Below, piece by piece: positions 1 through 8,872 of a stretch of DNA of 32,000 bases. Numbering within the stretch: position 1 is the first letter of the stretch; each line of letters opens with the position of its first letter. Under the pieces are notes generated by a model. The model ran no database searches, had not been told where the DNA came from, and was given only the letters and a program-made list of their open reading frames with translations. The translations under genes were made by a program, and so were the position numbers. Source of the stretch: Trichodesmium erythraeum IMS101 (lineage in GTDB: Bacteria > Cyanobacteriota > Cyanobacteriia > Cyanobacteriales > Microcoleaceae); assembly GCF_000014265.1 (NCBI RefSeq), contig NC_008312.1, positions 1,380,001-1,412,000 on the forward strand. Reading direction: 5' to 3'.

Positions 1-1090
1 AAAAATATTCAGGGCTTACTTATAGCCACCTTAATATAGTAGGGTTTTTCATCTTGTGGAGCACTCCGTTGACCTTTACAAATTTGATATATTGTTACCC
101 TTGCCCTTGTAATTGGAGTAGTGTTTTATAGTTTAGCGATCGCCGATGCCTTTTTTTCGCCATTGGTTAAACCTTTGAGTTGTTGAGCATTATAGTAAAT
201 AATCATAACTCGAGTAGCTACTACTAAGTTGAGTCTGACAAAACAACCCTATATAGTTGAGATATTCCCCGCTACCCTTAACAAGGGGGGAGCTAACAAA
301 AAGTTCCCCTTTTAAAAGCAGGGGATCGTAAATTTACCCCATAAGTGTGGAAGTTACTATCTTTTTTTAATTCAACTTTTGCACCGTTGCCCAGCCTAAA
401 CTATTCACCTTACGGGGTGACAAGCAGCTCAAAACACGGGCAGGTCAGGGAAAGCCAGGAAAGCTGAAGGGCGGGGAACCTGTGTTTGTTTTTTTTATTC
501 GCGTCCGCGTCCTGCATATCTATCGTAGTATCCCACCTGTTGAACCCCCCTGGCGCCCTTGGAGCCCTACCCTAGAGGAGTGACTAACAGTCTATTCGCT
601 ACAAGAAATTGACTTACTACCCTTGCTATTTGTTTATTTTCCGGCATTACCGTCAGCAGAAAGTCAAAAAGGGCTGACTTCTTCTTAGTAGAGCGAGAAT
701 TTTAGCCATGGATGTCGTTAGCAATATCCCCTCAGGGCAACCCAAGCAAAATAGGTGCAGGTGTAAGTATAAATTGAGCGATCGCCTCCTTTGAGTACAC
801 TATAAATAATTAAATAAATTTGGTTAGGACTCATTACAGTTTGAATAAATACATACTTAAAAAACCTAGCGTTGGTTATTTTCGCGCGTAATTGTACTTT
901 AATAGCGATCTCCTAAACCCCTTTTTCTTACTAGAAAAACATTTTCTATTTTGCCAAATTATGATTTCATCATGATTCACCTATTTAATGGCAAAATTTA
1001 GGTTTCAAAAGGTTTTTAATATTATGAAGTGGAGATGTAGCTACCCCTGAGCTTTGCCTTTCATATTAGCAATAGTCAAAACCCTAAAAA

Positions 1091-1134
1091 AACAGAAAAT
1101 AAACAGAAAATAAACAGAAAATAAACAGAAAATA
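1091..1134. repeat. Perfect tandem repeat, 4 x 11-mer AACAGAAAATA
   Basis: Read directly: aacagaaaata occurs four times back to back without mismatch, in non-coding AT-rich DNA about 370 bp upstream of the CDS at 1500. The 11-nt period is close to one helical turn, so the A-tracts are phased. Confidence 0.95.
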
Positions 1135-1352
1135 ATTAGTTTTGTTCTTTAAGTTCCTAGGCAAAATTAATTACCTGATTTTATTCACAAATCATTATAG
1201 AATATATACTTTTTTCATTTAAATATGTGTAATTAACTCCGTATAACTAGTTAACTATAGATAAAATTTTTACCACTATTTCACCACTAATTATTAAACA
1301 GATTAATATCTGAATCAATAATTATTTTAGCGCAATTCCATCATTTAAAGAC

Positions 1353-1381
1353 TTGACATTTTTAACAAAATAATGTAAATT
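1353..1381 (+). promoter_or_regulatory. Candidate sigma70-type promoter (TTGACA, 17-nt spacer, TAAATT)
   Basis: Consensus -35 TTGACA at 1353-1358, a 17-nt spacer, then TAAATT at 1376-1381. In DNA this AT-rich a -10-like hexamer is weak evidence on its own. Confidence 0.25.
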
Positions 1382-1400
1382 TATATACATTATTAAACTA

Positions 1401-1438
1401 ACAGCCCTATTTGTTTGAAATAAAGGGGCTGTTTTTTA
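1401..1438 (+). terminator. Candidate intrinsic terminator hairpin
   Basis: ACAGCCC (1401-1407) pairs with GGGCTGT (1426-1432) around an 18-nt loop, followed by a T-run (tgttttttatt). No U-run follows the hairpin on the opposite strand. Confidence 0.45.
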
Positions 1439-1499
1439 TTGATTTTTACTAAACTTAGAAGTCAGTCAAACTCAATTATACTCAATTACCTAACAATTT

Positions 1500-2981
1500 A
1501 TGCAACCAATATCTCATCAATCAAATAAATGGTTTGTTATTGGAATAGCTAGCATATTTCTATTTTCAGCAATTCTGAGATTTTGGCAATTAGGTCGTTT
1601 TAATACCCTCGTTTTTGACGAGGTTTATTATGCTAAATTTGCTAATAACTATCTTACTCAAACTGAATTTTTTAACGCCCATCCTCCCCTCAGTCAATAT
1701 ATAATTGCAATTGGTATTTGGATAGGTTCTCATTTACCCTTTGGGCAAGAAATAGTTAATAATGAAACAGGTTCTACTTTAGCCGCTTGGAGTTATCGGT
1801 GGGTAAATGCTTTAACAGGTTCATTTATTCCTCTGGTAGTGGGAGCGATCGCCTATAAATTAACACACCGTTGGAGTTATAGTTTGATAGCTACTTTACT
1901 CATGGCTTTAGACGGATTATTTTTAGTTGAGTCTCGTTATGCTCTGAATAATATTTATCTAGTAATTTTTGGATTATTAGCTCATTTGTGTTTAATTGTT
2001 GCTCTACAAAATAATCAATTAAAACAAAAAAAATGGTTAGTTTTATCAGGAATATTTTTTGGTGCAAGTACAGCGATAAAATGGAATGGTTTGGGATTTT
2101 TGTTAGGCATTTATTTACTCTGGATATTGGTATGGATAATTAAATTTTTTATTCAACAAAAAAAATATGAATATACATCTGCTTGGCAAAATTTAACTCG
2201 AATCAATCTGATTCAATTAATTCTAAACTTATTCATTATTCCCATAATTACCTATAGTTTACTGTGGATTCCCCACATTATTCTCAACCCTAAATACGGT
2301 TTTTTAGAAATGCAGGAACAGATTTTCAGCTATCACCAAAGAATTGGTAGTGGAGCTGATATTCATCCTTATTGCGCTCAATGGTTTACCTGGCCCTTAA
2401 TGATGAGACCTGTAGTTTATTTTTATAAGAATACGGGTTTACTAGACAAACCAGAACCTTCTTTAGCAACACTATATTCAGATATTATATCTCCCCAACT
2501 TAATCCTATAATTTTTGATGTTCATGCCATGGGAAATCCTATTCTTTGGTGGTTCTCAACATGGGGAATTTTATTATTAATCTTGATGTTATTTAATCGT
2601 GTTTGGCATTGGGAAAAAAATAGACAAGCTAGGCGTAAAAAAATCAAATTAAACCATCTTTTTAAATTCCCACCTCCCTCAGAAATGTGGTTATTACTAT
2701 ATTTAGTTATAAATTGGCTAAGTAATTTTATGCCTTGGAGTAGAGTAAGTCGTTGTACTTTTTTGTATCATTATATGGGAGCTTTAGTATTTGCTATTTT
2801 GGGGTTTTCTTGGTGCTTAGATAGGTGGTTAAATAGTCAGCAAGCTTCCTTGAGAATAATGGGAGTCACAATGATTTTTATAGTTTTATTTGCCTTTGTT
2901 TTTTGGATGCCTATTTATTTAGGATTACCTTTATCTCCCCAAAATTGGCAGTTCAGAATGTGGTTTCGGTCTTGGATTTAA
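1500..2981 (+). CDS. GT39/PMT-family (dolichyl-phosphate-mannose-protein mannosyltransferase-like) membrane glycosyltransferase
   Basis: 493-aa polytopic membrane protein. The first loop carries VFDEVYYAKFANNY, matching the DE/FDEVHFGKF-type motif of PMT/GT-C enzymes. Hydrophobic helices run throughout and the C-terminal region is PMT-like. Confidence 0.85.
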   Translation: MQPISHQSNKWFVIGIASIFLFSAILRFWQLGRFNTLVFDEVYYAKFANNYLTQTEFFNAHPPLSQYIIAIGIWIGSHLPFGQEIVNNETGSTLAAWSYRWVNALTGSFIPLVVGAIAYKLTHRWSYSLIATLLMALDGLFLVESRYALNNIYLVIFGLLAHLCLIVALQNNQLKQKKWLVLSGIFFGASTAIKWNGLGFLLGIYLLWILVWIIKFFIQQKKYEYTSAWQNLTRINLIQLILNLFIIPIITYSLLWIPHIILNPKYGFLEMQEQIFSYHQRIGSGADIHPYCAQWFTWPLMMRPVVYFYKNTGLLDKPEPSLATLYSDIISPQLNPIIFDVHAMGNPILWWFSTWGILLLILMLFNRVWHWEKNRQARRKKIKLNHLFKFPPPSEMWLLLYLVINWLSNFMPWSRVSRCTFLYHYMGALVFAILGFSWCLDRWLNSQQASLRIMGVTMIFIVLFAFVFWMPIYLGLPLSPQNWQFRMWFRSWI

Positions 2982-4182
2982 TTAAATATTAGCTCTTAGT
3001 ATTTTCGTACCAAAATTATACTATTTATCAAAAACTTTTCTACATTTCCCCATAGCAGATAACCCACCTCTGACCTTTAATACAGATGGGAAAGAGAGTG
3101 GGGAGAGGAGCTTTGCATTAAGGTGTCCGTACAATATTATAAGTGGTTATATAAAATTAATTGTACAGAAAAGATAGTTACAGAAAGTGTTTGAGTATTA
3201 AAATGCATTTTCTATTAAATATGAATGGATTGAATTTGACGCCGATAATGGTAGGCAAAGTTTACTTAATTATTTCAAAAAAGTGCTTAATAATTTTGCT
3301 AGAAAATATGGAATTAATTTTGTTTATAATATTTGTTAAAAATTAATATTAACAAGGATAAAACCACTTAAATAAGTTATTACAAGAGTATGTTAATAAC
3401 TAAAAATTTTGAAATATTATCTAACTATAGCGTTAATGCATAGGAATTGGTGTTACCCATTCATGTCAGGTAGTTTTTTATGTCCGCGAAAGCCGAAAAG
3501 ATCAATAATGATTAGATTTTATAACTCTTTACTATATTTCTAAACTTCTGAAGTATTTCAGTAGGAATTTCGTCTCAATTAGGCACGGTATTAGAGAGCA
3601 AGAACCCACGCCACAAAATTTAAATTATTTAATTGAAATGCCCAGGTAGGAAGATAAAGGTAATTGCTATTTAAGAATAAATATTTGTACTTCACATACT
3701 TGGAATATTCTGTAATATTAAATCAAATATCACAAAGTATTCACTCCAAATTTGGTGATGAAAAATAGGTGAAAAAAATATATTAATTTTCAATTTGCTC
3801 AATTTTTATTAACTTTATTCTCTCCTAATAGACTTATATAAATTCTAGCTCACAAGAAATTGCTGATGAAATATTAAACCATGATATTATCAAGTTTTTT
3901 TATATTAAAAAAAAAGTGCTATTTTTTAGGTTTTTTGCTTATATTTATCAGCATTAATGGGAAAATAATTTTCTAAAAATCAAGGGACCAATATACCAAA
4001 CACTTCTTAATTAAATCCTATTTTGATATAGTTATGAATCCTTAATTATGAATTTTATTCCTGAGCTATAATCTCACCAATTAAACTTTTTTAGCAAACT
4101 CTAATTAACCATAATAAAAATATTTTTATTATGTTAATTTATCCCAATTCTCAATCCTATAAAATTTTCTCACAGTGAGTAT

Positions 4183-4845
4183 TCAAGGAGATATAATATT
4201 AGGAGTAGGTTCCTCTAACTTAATAAATAACGCCCGATACACAGGCTGATTTTTGCCTAAAGTCACCTTTTCTCTTTCTGATAAAACTGGCAGAATATTT
4301 TCTTTTAACCAATCATTATAACTTCTATAAAATGAACCATGAGCCGAGAAGCGATTACACATTTCCTTAGCTACTTTTTCTATATCAGAATGCAGAAAAA
4401 CTTCTCCCCCTACTGTTAAATAATTTGCTAAATCTTCCACTAATTTTGGTTGTACAACTCGACGGGTTTGATGACGTCTTTTAAACCAAGGATCTGGAAA
4501 TAAAATAGAGACTTTTTTTAAAATTCCTTTTGGAAAAGACTCAAATATTTTTCCCAGGGAAATATTCGCATTACAAAACAAATAATGCAGATTATTTAAA
4601 CCCTTTTCATCTCGCCAATTATTAGCTTCTATCACCAAGGGTTCCCGTATTTCTAAACCCAGAAAATTCCACTCAGGTTCTACCTGTGCCATCTGCCATA
4701 AAAATCTCCCTCTAGCACAACCAATATCCAAATATAATGGTTTCTTTATATCTGCATAAATATCACTAAAATTGGGGATAGTTACTGACTGTTGATATTT
4801 GCTAGCTAAAGGGTTGACATGCTGTCTAATTCTTACTCTTACCAA
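4183..4845 (-). CDS. trmB: tRNA (guanine-N7)-methyltransferase
   Basis: 220 aa with N-terminal RQHVNPL, SAM motif [10 protein letters not shown] and the TrmB hallmark [10 protein letters not shown]. Confidence 0.9.
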
Positions 4846-5097
4846 ATTTTATGCCTCCATTCTTACAGTCGATCTCTCTCGACTTTAGCTGATTAATAAT
4901 TAGAGCTTACTGAAAAAGTTTGTTATTGAAGGAATTAATACCAATTGACTTGAAAATAGCGTAAATAACACATTTAATTTAATAGATATAAATTTCCTGT
5001 AGGCTTTTTAAAGCTCTACCATTAATCTACTTAGAATTCCATATTATATACCTTTAAACTAATTTTTTAGACTTTTCCAAATATTTGTAGTTTAGAG

Positions 5098-5312
5098 AAT
5101 GCTATGCAAAAATATAGACAAAAGTGGGAAATATAATTTCATTATTAATGATGGTACCGGATATCAAGAGAAACTAAGACTTTTGGGTTCCCCAGAAATT
5201 ATGAGTTGGTATATTTATTGCTTCTGTACAGTTATTCTAGACTCAAACATCTACAAAGCTATTTCGACCTTTGTTCAAGCTGTTCGTAAAGCTTTTTTGG
5301 GTAAAGATAGTT
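5098..5312 (+). pseudogene. Diverged internal fragment of an ArsA/Get3-like ATPase gene (paralogous to 7831-8040)
   Basis: My manual nucleotide alignment of 5098-5308 to 7831-8040 gives roughly 80-85% identity with one 1-nt indel. The translation GKYNFIINDGTGYQEKLRLLGSPEIMSWYI..ILDSNIYKAIS matches GKYDLIIYDGTGDKETLRLLGSAEIMSWYI..ILDSDLYKAIS. No homology is visible upstream of 5098 or downstream of about 5310. Confidence 0.8.
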
Positions 5313-5319
5313 AGCTTTT

Positions 5320-6160
5320 TATGTCACCCAGGGAAACATAACCCTAAAATTCAAATTTTCTATGACAATTTTGCCATGGTTTTCGGTTAAGTAAATTCTC
5401 AGTTTATGAAGTCCGTTTTGACGGATGCTTACTACTTTTCTCAGCAACCTGGCTATCTTCAGTTGTGCTGCCTTCAAGTTAGCATAACCCACCTCTTTTG
5501 AGAATTTAGGTATTGCATTTGAGATAACTTAGCTTCAAATATATGAATTGGTTTTCACAATTTTAAATACTTTTCCATCACTTAATGTAGCTAAAGTGTT
5601 CACTCTTAAACCTACACCAACAATATCAGTTTTTTTTGGTGTTTTTACGACCTAAAATTCATAGCTAGAAACGAGAGACCAATCACCTACTTTTCTGCTA
5701 ATAATAATTTTTTTAGTTGTTGCCTCTGCCGTGGTTCATAAGTTTTTACCATACCAATAAAAGGTAGTTTATGATTCCATCCATCTAATTCTATTGGTTT
5801 TCCAAAATTATCAATTGTAAAAGAATCAGACTTACCTTTTTTCTTAAATATTGGATACTTACCTAACTATTATTTGCGAAGTATTCCGAAGAAAAAAACT
5901 CTTAAATACTTTAACTAAGTGGATAAAAGTATATTCATAAACTCTAGACAAAAAATTTTTCATCCAGGGTATTAGTGGTTTTGTATGATTAGTAAAAAAC
6001 CTCTCTGAGTTTACGGACATTGGGTTGATAACCATCTTTATATGCTGCATTCGTTCAAGCTTAAGTCCCAATAATAACAACATCGTGAGTAACCTGCGTA
6101 TTGAGCCATCAGGATTTTCTGTTTATTATTAAGTTTGAGTTTGGTATGAATTGATTCCAT
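5320..6160 (-). mobile_element. tnpB: Degraded, 3'-truncated IS200/IS605-family (IS1341/IS891-type) tnpB relic
   Basis: Minus-strand translation across three frames gives characteristic TnpB blocks. MESIHTKLKLNNKQKILMAQYAGYSRCCYYW corresponds to the N-terminal yKfrlyPn..Q block. LIPWMKNFLSRVYEYTFIHLVKVFKSFF is the track ORF 5859..6083. KYPIFKKKGKSDSF matches PkFKkk. DIVGVGLRVNTLATLSDG is a degenerate GIDLG RuvC-I motif. LHKLRIYLTENHGKIVIENLNFRVM is RuvC-II. There are several in-frame stops and at least 2 frameshifts. The zinc-finger/RuvC-III part and the right end are absent. Confidence 0.8.
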
Positions 6161-6544
6161 GTATAACTGAGTACAGTTCACGAGAGTAGTAAGTAATTTC
6201 TTGCTATGTTGTATCTTTATTCTTTGACTAAGTCAATGCTCTGGTAACTCTTTTTTTAGTTTATAACTATGATTTTTGGGTAGCCAGAAATAACTATCGT
6301 ATTATACTGCTTTATAAGGTAAATTTTTAGCTATCAAAACTATCCATCTACATTTTTCTGAGTTATTCCTGTTAGATAATATTTCTAGAAATCTGTATTA
6401 TTAAAATTAATCAAATAAACATTTTTTGATTCATAATAAAACTGAAGCGAAAATAAGAGTAACTTTAATTTTTATTCTCTCACTTCAATAGAGCTAATAA
6501 ACTTCCTTTAATATTGATATTGATAATAATTAATTTTTTATTTT

Positions 6545-7372
6545 TCCCTATATTTGTGGGGAGTTTGATACTCTCTTACTATGTCATCATACTGTAATAG
6601 TTGATAGACAGAATTAACACTACGTTCATCTAAAGTATTAATTAAGTAGCTTTGATATATTTATAACCACTATTACCAATTTTTTTGAAGTCAACTTCAT
6701 AACTAAAAGTAACTTTTTCGCCCCAAGTATTTTGGATTTCTGCTAAATTCTAAGCTAGTGCAAAAGGTTTCTGTCCAGATGTATTAGTTGTACTATCTAT
6801 CCCATTACCATTACTACCACCTTATTTTACGCCCCGTTGAATATATGGATTATTTTCAGATAAGTTATCTCTCTTTCCGTTGCTTTCTCTGCTTGACCCC
6901 ATTTTCCTTAATAATTACCCATTTTTTATCCCTTGAGTAATAGCAAATACCCCAAGGTTTATAATCTTCCGTCTCAAAATTCCTTGCCCCATCATCAGTT
7001 AGACTATCTTGATACATTGATAAAAACGATTAGCCGAACCACCAGAAACAAGGTAATATTAGTCATTATAATTAGCACCCGTATTTCTGTTGTCAATAGC
7101 AATTATTTCATATGACATATTCCACCCTAACCCCAAAAGACCCGTCGGCACTTCCATGTTCCAAGTATCCACCATATTTTGAATGTTACTTTGGTACGTG
7201 ATGGCCACTTTGACATCCAAATCACTGCGACCCGGAAGAGACATTAGTTCTAAAGGAAGATTAGATTGACATCTCACCGGAATATATTAGCCACATTAGG
7301 GACATTCCCTACGCTTCCGCGATCCATCTAAAAGGTTCCGGTAGTAAGAAGTTGAGACAAAGTACTCGGAGA
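6545..7372 (-). pseudogene. Relic of an SpvB-domain / Tc-toxin B-like large protein gene (N-terminal part only)
   Basis: The track ORF 7059..7277 reads NLPLELMSLPGRSDLDVKVAITYQSN...GLLGLGWNMSYEIIAIDNRNTGANYND. This resembles the SpvB-domain consensus (iPi..spgR.g..P.L.L.Y.S....G.GWsls.psI.RkT..G.P.Y.d). Frameshifted, stop-riddled continuation follows (..YYLVSGGS.., ..WVIIKENG.., ..LAEIQNTWGEKVTFSYEVDF..) down to about 6545. Confidence 0.55.
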
Positions 7373-7488
7373 ATAATTACTAGACACCATCAATACTAAG
7401 CTTGTGTAGAATGTTAGAAAAATGATGATATCAACTAAAGTATTGTTTGTGATCAAACGTTTATTAATCAACTTAACTAATAATTAAA

Positions 7489-8583
7489 ATGACCATTACT
7501 TATACATTTTTGGGTAAAGGTGGTACAGGTAAAACAACCATTGCATTTGCCACTGCCAAAAGATACGCTAGCCAAGGTAAACGAGTTTTATTTGTGGGAC
7601 AAGAACCTGCTTCAACATTATCCTTAATATTAGGTGCTAATATTGGCCCAGAACCAACAGAAATAGACTCGAATCTCAAAGCAGTCCATATTCAGGCAGC
7701 AAGTTTACTAGAAAGCGGTTGGAAAGAACTGAAAAAACTAGAAGCTGAATATATTCGTACACCCTTCTTTAAAAAGGTATATGGTCAAGAACTAGGAGTT
7801 TTACCAGGAGTAGAAGGAATTCTGACCATTAATGCTATGCAGGAATATAGTGCTAGTGGGAAATATGATTTGATTATTTACGATGGTACCGGAGATAAAG
7901 AGACACTAAGACTTTTGGGTTCGGCAGAAATTATGAGTTGGTATATTCGTCGCTTCCGTCAAGTTATTCTCGACTCAGACCTCTACAAAGCTATTTCTCC
8001 ATTTGTTCAACCTGTTAGTAATGCTATTTTAAATGTTGACTGGACAGGGAATAATTTTTCTCAACCGACTGAAAAAATCAATGAACTTTTAGATAATGCT
8101 AAAGCTACTATAGCTGACCCCAACAGGGTGGCAGCATACTTGGTTACGACAAAGGATAAGGCAGCGATCGCCACAGCCAGATATTTATGGGGAAGTGCCC
8201 AACAAGTTAATCTCACTGTGGGGGGAGTAATTCTCAATCAAGCAGATAATGTAGATAATATTACTGCTGAATTTTCACCATTATCTGTAACTCCAGTTCC
8301 CCATGGTTCTAATGAAAATTGGCAACTTTTAATGGATGCTCTGCCAGATTTTAGCCAGGCAGTTAAAGCTCCCAAGCCTATTATCATAGATATTCAAAAA
8401 AGTCAAGTAAGTTTATTTTTACCTAGTTTTGATAAAAAACAAATTGGACTTATTCAAGATGGGCCAGAAGTAACTATAGAAGCAGGAGACCAGAGAAGAA
8501 ATATTTTCCTTCCTCCACCCCTAAGTGGAAGACCTGTTCGTGGTGCAAAGTTCAAAGACGATTATTTGATTATTTCTTTTTAA
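7489..8583 (+). CDS. ArsA/Get3-family ATPase with C-terminal HSP20-like domain
   Basis: 364 aa with the deviant Walker A GKGGTGKTT at the N-terminus and an ArsA-like DGTGDKETLRLL switch region. The C-terminal ~70 aa (VSLFLPSFDKKQIGLIQDGPEVTIEAGDQRRNIFLP) resemble the ArsA_HSP20 domain. Confidence 0.85.
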   Translation: MTITYTFLGKGGTGKTTIAFATAKRYASQGKRVLFVGQEPASTLSLILGANIGPEPTEIDSNLKAVHIQAASLLESGWKELKKLEAEYIRTPFFKKVYGQELGVLPGVEGILTINAMQEYSASGKYDLIIYDGTGDKETLRLLGSAEIMSWYIRRFRQVILDSDLYKAISPFVQPVSNAILNVDWTGNNFSQPTEKINELLDNAKATIADPNRVAAYLVTTKDKAAIATARYLWGSAQQVNLTVGGVILNQADNVDNITAEFSPLSVTPVPHGSNENWQLLMDALPDFSQAVKAPKPIIIDIQKSQVSLFLPSFDKKQIGLIQDGPEVTIEAGDQRRNIFLPPPLSGRPVRGAKFKDDYLIISF

Positions 8584-8741
8584 AAGGAATGGGAAGTAGA
8601 GAAGAGGAAAAAAAGATTGATTTTGAGTTTGGTTAAAAGTTTATAGTAATTGTCAATAGATAACTACAGAACTAAAACCAAAATTTTGTAGGGACATTAT
8701 AAAATCACAAAACATTTTTCAAGTGTATAAGAGGACTTATG

Positions 8742-8758
8742 CATAAATCGGGTTTATG
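8742..8758. repeat. Palindromic motif copy (CATAAATC-G-GGTTTATG)
   Basis: 17-nt palindrome with one G:T position, 115-131 bp upstream of the chlG start. It belongs to the ATAAACC-N-GGTTTAT family seen four times in the window. Confidence 0.7.
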
Positions 8759-8787
8759 AACTAAAATTTGCAATTATCTTGTATTAA

Positions 8788-8813
8788 ATTAGGGTAATAA
8801 ACCCGGTTGATTA
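8788..8813. repeat. Palindromic motif copy; left arm of a 21-bp perfect inverted repeat (ATTAGGGTAATAAACCCGGTT)
   Basis: 8788-8808 is the exact reverse complement of 11020-11040. The core TAATAAACC-C-GGTTGATTA (8795-8813) is a 9+1+9 palindrome with one mismatch, centred about 69 bp upstream of the chlG start. Confidence 0.9.
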
Positions 8814-8872
8814 TTTGGGAAGCTTAAGTTCTATATAAATTACTTTTACTAATCAGAATAATCTCATTAAAA

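Noticed and set aside
126-206. 26-codon minus-strand ORF MIIYYNAQQLKGLTNGEKKASAIAKL downstream of the G/C-run hairpins
   Set aside because: It is too short and unrecognised, and probably a remnant inside decayed DNA. I kept it only as context for the structured-island finding.
430-500. Resemblance to SRP (4.5S) RNA (GGTCAGG...GGAAAGC) or to the 3' part of a cobalamin riboswitch (GACCTGCC on the minus strand)
   Set aside because: The near-invariant SRP core GUCAGGUCCGGAAGGAAGCAGC is not present and no GNRA-capped helix 8 can be drawn. There is no B12 box (GCCACUG) and no GGGAA..GGUG..GAA 5' core on either strand. I report it only as an unassigned structured island.
3161-3346. Short track ORFs in AT-rich gaps (3161..3346, 6933..7115, 14113..14319, 22845..23036, 24175..24432, 29201..29461)
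   Set aside because: They have an Ile/Lys/Asn/Phe-rich junk composition, or in the case of 22845..23036 are the C-rich complement of the G-tract cluster. They have no recognisable domains, and several overlap the starts of real genes on the other strand.
5098-5312. Possible diversity-generating retroelement TR/VR pair (diverged repeat of part of the ArsA-like gene)
   Set aside because: The roughly 38 mismatches I tabulated are a mix of G>A, C>T, C>A, T>A, G>C and other changes, not confined to adenines of one copy. No reverse transcriptase gene is nearby, and the repeat is internal to the target gene rather than at its 3' end.
5859-6083. Track ORFs 5859..6083 (-) and 7059..7277 (-) as independent small genes
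   Set aside because: They are the longest surviving open pieces of the tnpB relic and the SpvB-like relic respectively, not stand-alone genes.
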